Positions 11,831 through 26,800 of a stretch of DNA of 64,000 nt are shown here, one piece after another. The notes beneath the pieces were generated by a model, which was given only the letters and a program-made list of their open reading frames with translations, ran no database searches and was not told the origin of the DNA. The stretch is from Camelus ferus (Eukaryota). Within the stretch, counting starts at the first letter, position 1; each line of letters starts with the position of its first letter. The DNA lies in NCBI RefSeq assembly GCF_009834535.1, contig NC_045696.1:31002001-31066000 (forward strand), read 5' to 3'. A program made the position numbers and the translations under genes.

Positions 11831-14800
11831 TACCCAAATCTGGTAACTCCTACTGATCCTACCTCCTTTTAATCTGAAATGTTATTTCCTCTTTGAGTCA
11901 CTTCTCCCTGACAACTCATCCCCATTCCAGACCTGATGCCCCTATTTTTTCCCTAGAGCATATCATAGATTTCTTACATCAGCGGTTGTGTTGTTCTGCT
12001 TATGTTTATTTAATCACATTGCTATAAGGAAAGAAACCGAAGATCATTTTGCTAAAGAATCCCTAGTGTGATGGGCAAATTATAAGTGGTTTGTTAATGT
12101 TTATTAAATGTACAAATAAATAAATTAATTGCACTCCTCAGTCATGAAGCAAAAATAATCAACAGAATTTTAGGAAGAATTTAGTTCTGTACTTTCATAG
12201 TATAATATCTAAAATGGACATTTTAAAATACCTTACTTTTACCAAACTATCATGCAACTCAACATTCTTACAATATTGAAAAAAATATTATTCGGCAGAG
12301 TGAAGAAATAATAGCCTAAAATCTACTGACTGGTAAGGTTAATTCAAAGGAAAGTTAGGAAGTAAATAAAAAATGCTAATGATGGTGATCTTACTTGGCG
12401 ATTTGGTATGTCATGTGCTATATTTTATATCTAATATTCTTAAAGATCTTGCAAGTATCCAAAATTTCTTACTTGATAGTTTGGGTTTCTGGGATCCATA
12501 TCAAACAAATTGTAATCTAAAAGTATAATATGACCTCTTTAAAAATTCCAGTAAGTCCTGTAGCTTCATGGAAGCTATTAAGTGGTAGGTTAGTGTACAA
12601 TTCAAATACCATCACTCCTTCAAAATTAAGTTTGCTATGCATTTTTCAAATTTGCCCTACTTATATTTTACAAAGAATACAGAAGGAGAAGTGAAACTGG
12701 AAACAATGCCTATGTGCTTGGAAATTTCTTTCCTATATTCACATTCTGCTGATATTCATTAAAAGGTGTTTTTCAGGTCTCATAGTTGAAGGAAATAATG
12801 TAGTGCTAATGCTTACATAATTGTCAGAGAATTCAGTTGAGTTCCACCAAAACAAGCATGGAAATTTACATGGACCAAGAGAGAACTATCTGAATGCTTG
12901 TGAGTAAATAATAGTTTGTAGAAATATTCATGAAACAAGAGGGAATTCCAAAGATAATTCTGCCAAACTATCTTTTACATATATGTATATAGGTATTTAT
13001 ATTTCCTTTTGTCACATAAAATAAAAATCAGTTCTTCAATTTTAACATATTTTTAAAAGTAACTGTCCATAGAGTACACAATATAGTGTATGTCAATACA
13101 ATCGAATGTCTGTATCCAATAAAATGTTATAATTAGATAAGATTAATAAGCAATGTTTAAAATATAATACTAAGTACAATATTAATATAAATGTAAGCTA
13201 TGTTTGAAATATGCTTATAATATTATGAATAATATTTAATCATAGTTAATAATGATCGTAATTATATTTAAATAATAGCTCATATTCATTAATAGAATAT
13301 GTGTCAGACATTTAGCTAAGTAAATATTTATGCTATTGCATTTTAAAAGAATAAATATAGAACACAATTAAACAGTAGGGAAAAAAGACATTCAACATTT
13401 AGTGTTTTACAGAGGAACAAAAATATAATTTAAATCTGAATGAGTCATAGCATTTACCTTTTAAAAATTTCTTTACTGTTTTTTCAAATTTAACACTGAG
13501 AGCTGTTAATTCTACATAGTATTAATTATACTGTACAAATAATAAATGCCATAAAAACAGTTCTTCCAGACATTTTTTAAATTATCAAAATGTTAACATT
13601 AAAAACTTTGTATAAAATGAGAAGTAAAATTAACAAAGTCCATAATTTAAAGTGAAGAATAGAACCAAAGTTGCAGTCACATTAACAAAAAGAGAAATAT
13701 TTAATTATAAATATATTCATAACCAAGGTAAATTCTGGCTCCTTAGTAGCAGTACATTTATTTCAGAAAAAAGCACTTAATACATAGAACTATAAAACAT
13801 ATACGTATATAACATATACTTTTTTTCCTCTGTGCTCTCTTCCATTTGTGTAATCATGGAGCCAACTGGCATATGTACATCTAATGTAGGATGCATCGCA
13901 TCAGTCCATAGAGTCAGTTAAGTTCTTTAGTACTACCATCACATATGAATTTGAAGTCATTTTATCTCCTTCAGTAGGTACTGTGAGAAAGGAAACCTGA
14001 GAGTAAATATCTCCTTGGAAGAGATTATGAGTATTCATGCTCTTTTTTCCAGGGGTTCTTGGGAGCATGCTCAGGCCAGAACATTCTAGTGTACAATATG
14101 TGTAATTTTCTCACCTTCACAAATGCATTCTTTATATATTTGTTTATTCTTCAGAGAAAAAATTAATGCTATGTGGAGGACACTTAGAGACAGAAAATGA
14201 CCGGTGTCAGTGCAGATCCCAAATTAACTATCACACTCGGATAATCATAAATTTACCATTACCATTCCTTTCTGTTTGGAAGGCATTTTAGAGACCATCT
14301 AACTGAACTGAAGCCTAGACTTGGGTTTAGAAATTGGTGGGGTTTAGAAATTATTCTTACACTCTATTCCAAAGGGTTTCCAATATATCTCTTCATATTC
14401 TGGAATAGTTTTAGATAAATACCACTTCTCTCATTTTGCCATATTTCACATGATTTTGACCTTGGGACATATTAGCCCTCATTATAGATAAATACTGGCC
14501 ACCTGGAATTAGCTGTGAGCCATATGAGAGCCAATGGTAGACAAGGAGAAGAGACCAAAAGCAATGCAGGTACACTAGAAATGCATGTTTGTGGACAATG
14601 GGGTCTGCTTCAAGGAGAACAAAGCACTTCAAGCTTGAACAGAGAAGAGACTGAAAACCCTGCTTTCTCAGAAAAGCCCTGGACAGAGACAGAGTGAGAC
14701 AGTTAGTAAATGAAGTGCATGAGGAATATAATAACCCAGGATTTTTCTTTTCTGTCTAGACTAATTTTTAACAAAGTGCACTCATTAGCCACATTAACTG

Positions 14801-17326
14801 AATGTTTTGCTATAAGTTTTAAGCATATATTCTTCTTCTGAATTTTGGACATTCCAAACTGTTTTGGAAAAAACAAATACAGCAAACTGGAAATATTTTA
14901 CAAAAATAATTATCTGTTAAAAATGTGTTTTAAAATGATTTTAGTGTTATGCTTATGCATTCATGTATTTGTTTTCATTGAATTGAATTAATCACTTCCT
15001 TGACTTTAACAACTCTTTATGTCTTTAAATGAAGGCGTGTAAATAAATGTTTTAGTTCTTTTATAGTCTTTTTTTTTAAATCCTAACAAAAACACACAAT
15101 TGGCTTTTGAAAATAAGGACATTTCCTTCATAAAAAGAGATTTATTCTAACTAGCTAGTAAAAAGTGTTTTTTAATATCAGAGTTGTTTAGAAGGTTCAT
15201 AAGGCATTGCCAAATATTTTAATGACTTTAAAGAGTTAACAGTGGCAACTGAAGTCACTCTTTCAGTATGATTCTATATGTGTGCATATATACATTTATG
15301 AATATAAATATTGATTGCATATGCATTTATATGTTTGTATATATAATTTATGTACAAATACACATATACATTATGTGAGAAATAAGCATTATTTTTAAAT
15401 TTAAAAGCAAGTTGATATACAGGGTTTAAAATTATGTAATGGAAATGTAAAATTTAAGAATGAGAAATTCTTTCATATTTGTTATTGTACAAATGAGGCA
15501 AAAGCAGCAAATGCAGAAAATCCAGTGAACACAAAAGAGAATAATTTAAAATTGCATCCCTCCATCTACTAGTTTTAATTCACAAAGGATAGTGACTTGG
15601 GCCTAAGTTTGACCACGAAATGGAACTGCATAAAAGGAAGAGAAAAAGAAATCTCTGCTTCCTAAAATTAAAATAAAGGTGTCTTTTATATTTTTGACAT
15701 TAAAAATAAACCTTAATTTCTCACATCAACACATATAAGTGCTATAGTTCACTGAAGCTGCTGGGGAATCTGTAGAAATAAAGCAAAATGAATTACAGAT
15801 ATTTTTAATGAAATAAGCTGCCAGACAGTCATAACTCTCAATAGTGCCTACCATGGAAATGATTTTCTTTGCTCTTTAAGCATGAAAAAAAAAAAAAAAA
15901 AAGAGACATTGTTTAATGGCTCCAAAGGGATGATACTTTGTTTTCAAATCTGCTTCACAAATGTTGGCTTTGAAGATGATTTTTTTTATGTTCCTGGATT
16001 GGAATTTTGGAGTTTTTATTTTTGGTACTATCTTATAATCAAAAGTTAAACGTTAAAGTGTATAAAGGAATAAAGAATAATTCTCTTTGAAACCAAAGAA
16101 ATGTCCTAAGAAAATATACAAAAAAAAATGATATCTTTGTTTAAAACATTATCTGGTATTAACAGCAACAAGAATAAAGTAAGTCAAGCGTTCAACACTT
16201 TATCTTGATCTTTTGGTAGGTTCTTATTTTCAAACAGATATTTGCAATGTTTTTGCATTATAAACAACATAGAAAGATTTTAACGAATACTAGAAACTGC
16301 TGATAATGCTTCTCATTTTAACAAACAGACATACAAATACAAATGCATGTAGGTCAGAGTTTCTGATAATATTTCAACAAAAGACCGATATAGAAATTCT
16401 TTATGAATTAGATACATCAAATTGTCTAAAGTGTTCTTGTACCTAATCCTTTTGAGCCCAAAAGATTGTTACAATTGTAGATCGTGTAAGAAGAATATTG
16501 GGAGGCACTTACATAAACCAGAGAGCATTATAGCCATAATTTATTGATTATCCTTATAAATGACAGGTTTCTGGATGATTGTTTTCAAAACCAACTCTTT
16601 ATACAGAAGGAAATGGTTAGTTAACATAATGATTCAAATACTTTTTTACTTAAAAGTTAATCAAGCCAGTAGTAGCTTTTATTTACTCTAAAATATGCAA
16701 TCTTGATATAGTAAAGCAACAGACTAAAAATTACTAGGAGAAGAAAGATAAATGGGATTTTAAAATCATCACACTTCAATCCACATTTTGCCAATACTTT
16801 TACTACTTCTTCATCCTGGTATCTAAACTCTATTCACAAGTAGATCTAAGGGATTAGAATCTAAAAACCATGAACTAGTTCTACAATCCCTTGCTATTTA
16901 TAATTCTCATACTGCCAAGGAGAAATGAAGACCTTTAGAACGGTAGCATTTTCCCTGAATTTACATGAAAAGAAATCAGAAATAATGTCGGTGTTATAGC
17001 TCTTGCCTTACACCACCCTTGCATAGCACACACTGGTCTTAAAGTTATAGCAGAATCATCATTTATTTTAACAGATATCCTTTCTTATTGTTACTTACAC
17101 AGTGATCCACTCAGCTGTGTCTTTTCATGCATCAAAAGACAGAACTTATAATTTCATTAGATTCGGGCATTATTTTAGTCCACCTCACTGAACATACAAT
17201 GTACATCACCTGCTCTGATGTGCATCCGATTTTGTGAACCTTTTTACTAGATTCCAGGAATGTGCAAATATACAAAATATTGACTCAGCATTTTAAAAAA
17301 TAAAAACTCAACAAAACAAACAAAAA

Positions 17327-18175
17327 CATGACTTCTAGTTTCAGTTCACAGATGAAAAAACTAGAAAGAGGTATTTCCCATCCCTACAGGAAAAAAAAGT
17401 AGAAAAGTACACATTATGGTTTTTCATGAACTCATCAAAAACTCAGGGCCCAGGACAGAATCATACTAAAATCTAGAGGCATAGAACCTGAACGTTCACT
17501 TACATGAGGCAAATGTCACCAGACACAATATAATCTGATACAATATTAGGCCAGTAATTTGGCAAATTGCTGGGCTAGTGTGAAAGTGTGACATTCCTGA
17601 TGGAAAAGGCACTTAGGAAAGGAATTTATCATTTCTTCTTAAAGTTAAATACAGATTTCATATATGGCCCAGAAATAGCATTTTTTATGTAGGTACCCAA
17701 GTGAACTCAAAATATATGTTCACACTAAATCCCGTAGCTGGATGAATATAGAAGCTTTATTCATAACTATTATAAAGTGTACTTCAATGAGAGATCAGGT
17801 TAATAAACTGTGGTACATTTATAAAATAAAAAGCTATTCAGCAATGAAAAAGAATGTACTATTGATTCATGCAATGCAATGAAAGTTAAACACATTTCAC
17901 TAAATAACAGGAGCTAGACCCTAGAGGTTACATATAGCAAGATTCCATACATTCAACATTCTGGAAAAGATGAAATTATAGGGACAAAGACATAGAAGTA
18001 GTTGTTAAGGGTTGGCGGAGGGAGAGTATCTCCTACAAACGGCACACACACGGGAAATTTTAGAGTACTGGAACTATTCTGGATGGTATTGGACTGGCAG
18101 AATTGTGGGTTTATGCATTTGTCAAAACCCAGACAAATGAACATCATAAGAGGTAAACTTTAATATATGCAAACA
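17327..18175 (+). mobile_element. Old L1 (L1MC/MD-like): 5'-end-like segment next to ORF2 end and 3'UTR
   Basis: 17610-18175 contains aaatatatgttcacactaaa, aataaactgtggtacattt, cattctggaaaagatgaaattatagggac and tgcatttgtcaaaaccca. The 17327-17600 assignment is weaker. Confidence 0.75.
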
Positions 18176-18339
18176 TATGTGTGTGTATAAAGCTCCAAGA
18201 TGTTTGTATTCTATAGAATGCACAGTGTGACATAATTTCAGTTATGAGTTTCATTTTTCCATTTTTTTCTACAACTCAAGCTCTTGAAAAGAAATTTGAG
18301 ATAAATTGTATAGCTACCAACTAATATTTGAAATTCAGT

Positions 18340-18683
18340 CCAAACTTTCTGGCAAACTGGAAGATTACACAACCCTACCCTCTGGAAATTGAGCATGAAC
18401 ATATGACTTGCTTAGGCCAATAAAATGTGAAATGAAAAGGAATATGTCACTTCTGGATGGAAGTATAGAACAGTTAGTTGCTTTGTGATTTTCCATATTC
18501 TCTATTTCTGCCATTATAATGCTGAAATGTGGCAATGCATTAATAATCAATGCCCTGGAGAAACATTTGGGAAGAGAACAAAATGGACATTGTAAGTATG
18601 ATATAAACTTGTATTTTGTAAAGCCACTAATAAGTTCAGGTTGTGTATTATAGCAGCATAGTTCAGCATACTTTTACTTATAT
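18340..18683 (+). mobile_element. MaLR LTR (MLT1I/J-like)
   Basis: catatgacttgcttaggccaataaaatgtga...gtcacttctgg; end aaagccactaataagttcaggttgtgtattatagcagcatag. Confidence 0.75.
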
Positions 18684-20837
18684 AGAAATTTTCATTCCAT
18701 TATTTAAATTTCTAAGACTCACACTTTTATTAAAATCTTATTCTACTCTCAGCCCTCTATTTAAAATATACTTTTGAATATTGTTGTTGTAATTACTACA
18801 TTTTCTAAAGTATCTTTTAAACAGCACTTTGCATTGATAAACAATTTTATTAAAAAAAACTTTTTAGTATAATGCTTGTATCACAGAAGTTTATAAAATG
18901 TGTGCTAGAGGAAAAGTTGCTCATGGTCCAGCCATTCAGAGATATAGTCACATCCTGCATATCTTGAAATCTTTCCTTAAATGGATTTTCATGAAATTAT
19001 ATGTATTAAATTTTTAAATGTTTATTTTTATACATACTGCTTTGAAACTAAGTAGCTGTGTGTGTGTTTTACTTTACTACCAGAAGGTCATAAGAGTTTC
19101 TTTCCTATACTTCTGCAGTACTTGGTATTATTCAATCTTCTACTTTTTGTAAATAATGATGAATCCAAGTGTCAAATTCCTACTGGCCTCTCTTTTGACA
19201 GATTTGCCTGAATTTTTAGGAAATAAGTAATACCTCCTAAAACAAAAATAATCTCATATTTCACTACCATAGTATTTATGTCCATTTGCCACATCATAAC
19301 AGCTTTCAAGTCATTGTTTTTGCTTACAGACTCAGAAAACAAATTCTTGGTGACTCAAGAGAGATGATACATTCCCTTTGAAAATGTCTGTAATATTCAG
19401 TTCAGAATTTATTATGTTCACCTCTATGTTTAATAATCAACAAAACAAAATAATCCCCCCACCAAAGGAAAAAAAAAAACTTTGTGGACTTTTCTGTATT
19501 CTTAAATATGTTATGTAACTGAAAAGAGAGCATTCAGTGTCTTTCATTTTAGAAATCAGCAATAAACATTTGGTTAACAAATTGATAATTGCCTTAAAAC
19601 TCAATTATAATCAAATATGAGGAAAATAACAATTCATAAGACATCAGAAAATAATGTTTTGGGAATAATATGTTACTTGAATGCTATTAACATATAAATT
19701 AACTTTTATAAAAATTAGCTTAATTTTTATTATAAATTGAAAACATTACATAAAATACTATAAGCTTTTTAGCTGCAATTATTGCTGATACCTTATTTTG
19801 ACTCCTTGACTCTCCATAGCTGTAACTCCAGTAGTTGTAGTGACACAAAATATAAAGGAAGGAGATTTTTTTATCCACAATATTATTCCATTTTGTCTTA
19901 ACTCCTGTTCCAGGTATGCTGGCTTTTACAGTTGGATTCTTTTTCCCCCCCTTATATAGTCCCTCAGCTTTATATATATTTGAAATGTCATTAAATGTAA
20001 AATAAATTATGAGAAATATTTTCAATCTAAATATTTATATTTCATAAATATTTTGCACTTGCTTCTCATTGTTTACTAAAAATTGCCAGCTAAATAGGGC
20101 TTCAGATATTCCTTTAGGAAATATGTTTTCAGAGAAACACTGGAGGTAAGAAGCAGTTAGAACAGCAAAACTAATTTATTCATTTAGTTTATTTAAAATG
20201 TACACATTGCCCAAAGCCAGTAGCACAATGTACAGAACATAAATTACAATGCTTAAACTGAATGTAGCACCTAAATAAGAGAAATAAATACTTACAGGAA
20301 TGGCATATATGGAAACAGTAGACAAGAAAACAACAGTAAAAGGCCATTCTGATATAATGCTCACTTTATCAAGAAATTGGTTAAGTTCCAGAGACAGTTT
20401 ATCTGCAGAAGTTTAGCATTGGGTGGTAGACCTGGATTTTCAGCAAAAGAAGTGCAGTTGATCTTACTATTTATGTTGCTTAAAGAATATAGTGAAATAT
20501 GAAATACTTATCTATCAAGTTATATATGAATTAAATAGTAATCCTCATAGATCTAGAATTCATATGAAGAATAGTTTAAGCAGAATTTATTAAATTACTT
20601 AAATAAACAACTTCAACAAAAATTGACTATTTTTAGAAAGAGAATTCCATAGAGATATTGCTAGCTAATTTTTCCCATGAAATCTTTTTGTAATATTTCT
20701 CAGTAAGAGTTACTCTACTTTAAGTTTCTGTGTAATTCCTACTGAAACATTACTTTCAAATTTCTAAAAAGAATAACATCATAAACTTTCTTAACAAAAA
20801 ACAATCTAGCACTTTCATGGATTTATGACACAAACTT

Positions 20838-21300
20838 TGCAGTAAGTTGGTGGGCCCCAAAAGTTATATCCAAGTCCTCCTATCTGGAACCTATGAATGT
20901 TAACTTATGTGAAAGTAAGTATTTGTTTATGTAATTAGCTAAGAATTTTGAGACAATGAGATAATCCTGAATGATGTGAGTGGACTCATATCCAATTATA
21001 TGTGTCCTTGTAAGAGTGAGGCAGAAGGAGATTAGAGGAAAGGGCACATACAGGAGATGGGGATATGAAACAAGACGTAGAGATTGGAGTCATGCACCTA
21101 CCAGCTAAGAAACACCAAGGACTGCCCACAACCACCAGAAGCTAGGAAAAAAATATGAAAATCATTCTCCTCCAAAGCCTCCTGTGGAAGTATGGCTGTT
21201 GAGACACTGAATTTGAACTTCTCAGCTCTAAAACTGCAAAGGAAAATATCTCTTTCTTTAAGCCATCCAATTTGTGGTAATTTTTTTTTATAGCAGCTAT
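20838..21300 (+). mobile_element. MaLR LTR (MLT1C-like)
   Basis: ggaacctatgaatgttaactta, agagattggagtcatgcac, aaccaccagaagctagg and ttaagccatccaatttgtggtaattt. Confidence 0.88.
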
Positions 21301-21509
21301 CGACTCTTTTTATTTGTTAAAGTTGTTCATGTGGATGAAAAATTAAAGATCTCTGATTTATCCTTAATTGCGTTTCCAAATCAGTGGAATAGATTTAATT
21401 TATTGCTTATGTACTCCTATCACCCATTCCCATTCCCTGTGCTTATTAGAACATCCGAATGAAATTAAATAGCACTTATACTTATTTAAGAACATCTTCT
21501 CATAGTAAA

Positions 21510-21920
21510 ATACGAAAGAGTCAGCTTGAATGTAAAGTGAAGGATATAAATTTCAGGCAATTAATAATGAAGATAAAATTTTATAGCTATGTTAACCTCA
21601 AAAAAAAGAAGATTGTAAGGTCTAAAAGCATGACTTAGGATAAAGATTCCATCATAATGACAAGAAGGGAACTGAACCTAAATGCATTTAGCAAAATAGT
21701 CTAAACATATGTGAAACAATAATTGTCAGAATTACCAGAAAAAAATGATAATCATACATATTAATTTTAGAATACTGGACTAAAAAGTGATGTCTAAGGT
21801 CAATATATCAAGCAAAAAGATTAATAAAAACAGGGAAGATTTAAACAACATTATTAAGAAGATGGACACAGTGGATGCCTGTATATTAATAATCTAAAAG
21901 TTAGAGAATGGAAGTTCTAT
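21510..21920 (+). mobile_element. Old L1 ORF2 endonuclease-region fragment
   Basis: aagcaaaaagattaataaaaacagggaagatttaaacaacattatt and catatgtgaaacaataattgtcagaatta. Confidence 0.6.
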
Positions 21921-22871
21921 GTGAGAAATAAAGTGATGGTTTTATGATAGTGGCAGCAGGTATAGACTGGGAGAAGAAAATATAAAATACCTTATTAATG
22001 CAGATATTGTAAAATTAATAATTAATTAGATACTTAAAAGCTTGATTTCCCTGGACTTCATTTTGGACTAGATTATCTCTATAATCCTTGAATTTTATAA
22101 AATTCTATGATTCTGTGATCAAAGATGAAAGAGAATTTTAAGTGCCTAATATTTCAAATGTTGTGGGAACAATAAATTAACTAAATAAATGAATGTTTAA
22201 AAAAACCAAAATAATGGAGTGGTGGGAGGAAAGAAATAGAAATGCTGAGTATAATTTTGAATATGGGCCTGACTTAGTTAAGTTGCGCCATCCAAATAGA
22301 AAATTCTGGTAGACAGTTGGACTTACAGGATTGGGTCTTAGGCAAATTATTAGTTTTGGAGATAAGCTGCTTGGTACTCTTCTCAAGTTATTTTTTCGAT
22401 TGTGGGATTCTCTGTAATAAAATTATAGGCTAATGAGCACAAATCCCATTAATTTTTATTTAAAACAGACTTCACACAAAGTGGAGCTGGGCACAAACGG
22501 AGTTGAAATGAATTACAAGGGGGTCATCTGGACTCAATCATGGAGTTTTTGAGTTTACAAACTGGCACAAATAACCATCAAACTTGAGTTGCTTGAGATT
22601 TGGTTTATTACTGAAACAGGAAACAAGCACTGCTTATGGTATAAAGAATGAGTATGAATAAAGAACTTATGGGGCAATGCCATTAAAATGAGGGAGAAGT
22701 TACCTTGTCATTCAACAAAAATCCCAGCTGCTTCTCCATTATATACTTGAGGCTCCTAAGTTGTACTATGACACTAGCCATGACCTTCAAAGAGTCAGAC
22801 AAAAATAAGAGCCTTTGATATTCGTACAGTGATATGTCAAAGCAACTTTATAAATAAACAAATTTGAGGTT

Positions 22872-23005
22872 CTGGTTCAGAACATACTTCTGGAGTCAGA
22901 CTGAATGAATTTGAAACTCAGCCCTGTCGTTCGCCTGCCTAATGACTGTGGGTAAATTACTAATCTCTGGGGTTTAATTCCTCTTATGTGTAATGAAATA
23001 ATAAT
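22872..23005 (+). mobile_element. MIR SINE
   Basis: ctggagtcagactgaatgaatttgaaactcagccctg...tgactgtgggtaaattactaatctct. Confidence 0.75.
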
Positions 23006-23358
23006 TAAAGGCAAGAAGTAAAGAATATTTATTGGCTATTTTGTGTATAGACTGATACTTTTTGTATCTCCCCAATGGGTACAAAATTTATTCTTTAAAC
23101 TTAAAATTAAAAATTTCATCCTTGTATAGATAGAGGTAAATCTTTAGTCAAGTTTTACCTGAAACGTGATGGGCCTTTTTTTTATGTCTACTTAGTGGTT
23201 TTTTGTTTTTGGCTTTTTTTTTGTCCAGGAAAATTATAATCTCCACTAGCTCTTTTCTTCTTGTTGTTTCTTTGAGTCATATCTTATGTCTTTTTAAAAA
23301 GTGAGTATCTGTTAATCTTAAATATATATTTTTAATTGGAAAGTCCCCACAATATTAG

Positions 23359-23843
23359 TTTTGTTGTTGTTGTTTTTTAATTGAGTATAATCAGTTACAA
23401 TCTGTCAATTTCTGGTATACAGCACAATGTCCTAGTGATGCATATACATACATATATTCATTTTCATATTCTTTTTCATTAAAGAGTATTATAAGATATA
23501 GAATATAGTTCCCTGCACTATACAGAAGAACTTTGTTTTTTTAATCTATTTTTATATATAGTGACTAACATTTGCAAATCTCAAACTCCCAGATTTATCC
23601 CTTTCCACTCCCTTTCCCCTGGTAACCATAAGATTGTTTACTATGTCTGCAAGTCAGTTTCTGTTTTGTAGATGAGTTCATTAGCTTCCTCTTTTTTCTT
23701 TTTATTAGATTCCACATGTGAGTGATATTATATGGTACTTTTCTTTCTCTTTCTGGCTTCCTTCATTTAGAATAATTTTCTCTAGGTCCATCCATGTTGC
23801 TGCAAATGGCATTATTTTATTATTTTGATCATAGAGTAGTTCC
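23359..23843 (-). mobile_element. Lineage-specific L1 3' end, related to 3688-3921
   Basis: gtcaatttctggtatacagcacaatg, atatagttccctgcactatacag and ctctaggtccatccatgttgctgcaaatggcatta. Confidence 0.93.
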
Positions 23844-26800
23844 TTCTAAAATTAACTTCTATGTCTTGTAGATTATTTAAAGCATATTTTTCTTTGCATC
23901 CTCAGTATTATGCTTTTTGTTTTCTTGTGTTATGGAATACCTTTATAGTTGCTTTATGGCAATTATTTTACTGTTTATTTTTTACTGTTTATTCATTCTT
24001 AAATGAGAAGATGACTAAATACTCCATATTTTTGTAAATGGGAAACACATGAAATTTAGATTGCTCTTGTTTTTATTTTCTGGGTTCCTAATTGCTACTA
24101 GGGACTTCATTGCTTTTAAATCAGAAGTGTTATTGCTACGTATAGCTTTATGAGGATATGCTGAGAATATGTCAAACAATACTTTGTGAGGAAATCTGAA
24201 TAAATTGTTTTAGCCAGTAAGTTCTATCCATGGCTCTTCTAGACCCAACATTTCTCAGACTGTATCTCTTCAGAAATGGAACTTTTTTAAAATCACTTTT
24301 GCTATAATATTCATTGAATAGACTGAAATATAGCTTAAGAATTTGCTTAAGTAAAAAGATATTGCCAAATTTGAGAGTGAAATGTTCCCAAGTACTTGGA
24401 AAGAAGTTAGAAGGATGTTTTCTTTCTCAAATTTTATCCTTTCTGTGAGGTACTCTTCACAAGAAGAAATGCATAAATTGTCAAAAATTGCATACTGATT
24501 TCCCCCCAGTGAGTGCACATATTGACAAGCAGATAGATAGATAAAATTCTTATTTTTAGGGCTGTTGGAACTTTGCATTTCTAATATTGTTTTCATAAAC
24601 CTTCAAAGAAAGATTTTATGAAATAAACTTTACATCACTAGCTTTTAGTCAAGTCAAACTAAAATGGCTATAAATAACATTGAATTTTATCTTCAAATGT
24701 CAACTTTCTCTTATATTCTAAACTCCTTCAAAGCAGTTTTCTCTCTAATTTGTTGCTTTGACTTTAGTGCTGTTCACATGGTGAACTCAGTCATTTTTGT
24801 TCACAAAAACAGGCATTCATTGTGTTTTATCACAGTCAGAATTTAACTTGTAGGCGATTAAAATATGCAAACCCAATGACATTAAGATTTCATCTCTGGA
24901 GACTTCTGAGACTCTCAGCCAGTGTAAATGATCACTATCTGATTGATAACTATTATGTAGAACAATAGTAAAAAAAATTCCAATAGGTATATTGGTTGAC
25001 TCTAAAAAATGAAAAAATTTAAATAGACATATAAAATGAATTACATTATTTAAAAAAGCAAAGTGCTGTAATCCTTTAATCATTACTATTTCAACATATA
25101 CCATCACAATGCTTTGCTATTTATTTTGGGTACCAATTTATTACTTCATTTTTGTAATATTGCAACCCATTTCCAGAAACTGAAGAGGAAAGATTAATGA
25201 AATAACTGATTTCTCCTTCATGGTAGGAACAACTAATATTCTGGTATCCTAAAAAATCTAACAAAATATGGCTAAATCTATTAGTTCACTGTATGAGCAG
25301 ACCAAGACAATATGTATAAACTTGTAATGCATATATTGAAAAGTTCAATGAAAGTAGCTGAGATGAAATTTCATGAAGACAGAATCTAAGCAGAGTTGTA
25401 AATCAAGCAACTTTATTGTTCAATGATTAAAGAAATTGCTAATAGGAAGATGATAGAGTTACTAAGAGAAAACATGGAGAAGCAGAATGTACCTGTGTTT
25501 CACCACACAGACCAGAAAGATAGTTCCTTAAAGAAAGATCTTAATACTTTACAAAGTTTTCTGTATATTATAGATGGTTACATGAATTTAACATAATTGT
25601 ATTCCACTAGACACTGACATCATCCAACTGATTTTCCTGGATGTAGTTCAGTACTAATCAACAAACCTCCTAAATATAAATTTACATTGCTTTCAATTAT
25701 TTTAAAGGGGGAAAGATGCAGAAGAGTGAAAACTGTACTCTTTGCTTTAGAGATGTTTCTTACACTGGAAATTAATGCATACCCACTCAGTGTAACTATA
25801 ACTTCATTAAGTATGGCTGAGGATATAACAGACTCATAATATGTGTCTAATTTTACTCACAATGTTGATTTTCTTTTTTACATGTGAAAAGCTAAAGACC
25901 AGAGACTGGATAGGTGTTCACACAAAAATAATTCCGTAGGATGAGATCCTGTCTCTTTGTATATATCAGACCTGTAGGTATTACTAATAATTCATATCAT
26001 GTCTTAGTGTAACAATGAAAAGCTCTGTATTTTATTAATGCATTGGGGAGAATTTTAATTGTCATGTGCATAAGTCAGAAAAGTTTCAATTTTAGGTCTG
26101 GAAACAAAATGACTTTTCCTCTGTTAGACACTATTTACTAATCTTAAGCATATCTTCTTAGTTTCCTAATCTCTATGCCAATAATATCTATTTTTATCTA
26201 TATCAAGATAGAGTCAAGATTTTCTAGTTAAGAAAATAAATGTGAAAATTTTTGCAAAGTGCTAAATAAAATTTTAAAAACTAACATTGAGGTGCTAATT
26301 AATGGATTTCATTAATCTGGATAAAAAATGTATCTTCCCATTGTTTAAAAGTGTCTTCAATAATCTCCTATCCAACTGCTTTATTAAAGACTCAGATTAA
26401 TAGAGCATATGAATTTTATTCAGGTCATTTAATTTTTCTGTTTTCTTTTTCAGTAGAGCATGAAAAATAGTTGCCAGATTACTATTAAGGACTGAATGGC
26501 TTTCATTGATTATGGGACCAGAAGGAAGAGTTGACATTTGACTACCCATTAATATTGTACCAATAACTAAGAAAACCTCGTAAGACCTTGGGTGAATGGT
26601 TCTGGTGATTACAAGGCAACTCTGGTATGCACAAAGAAATACATCTAGTACTCAAAAGTCAATACTCAGGAACAGCTGGCTTGCATTTATAATTAGATTT
26701 GAATCATCAAAATGTAAAAGTAGTAAATAAAACTGAACTTTATAAGACCTATAGTAGTTCTACATATAGGTATAGTACATTGATATTTTTTCCCTCTGAT

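Larger units (their letters stand above)
9715..12128 (+). mobile_element. L2 3' region in three pieces (~9715-9835, ~11310-11450, ~11840-12128)
   Basis: L2-like motifs in collinear order: acagccaagatgactttttaaa, caaggcccttt, agccatactgagcttctctc, taactcctactgatcct; tail taatgtttattaaatgtacaaataaataaat. Confidence 0.55.

Noticed and set aside
14323..14352. Short direct repeats (gggtttagaaatt twice; similar cases near 46797, 59143, 63591)
   Set aside because: Ordinary slippage duplications of two units with no spacer array, so not CRISPR-like.
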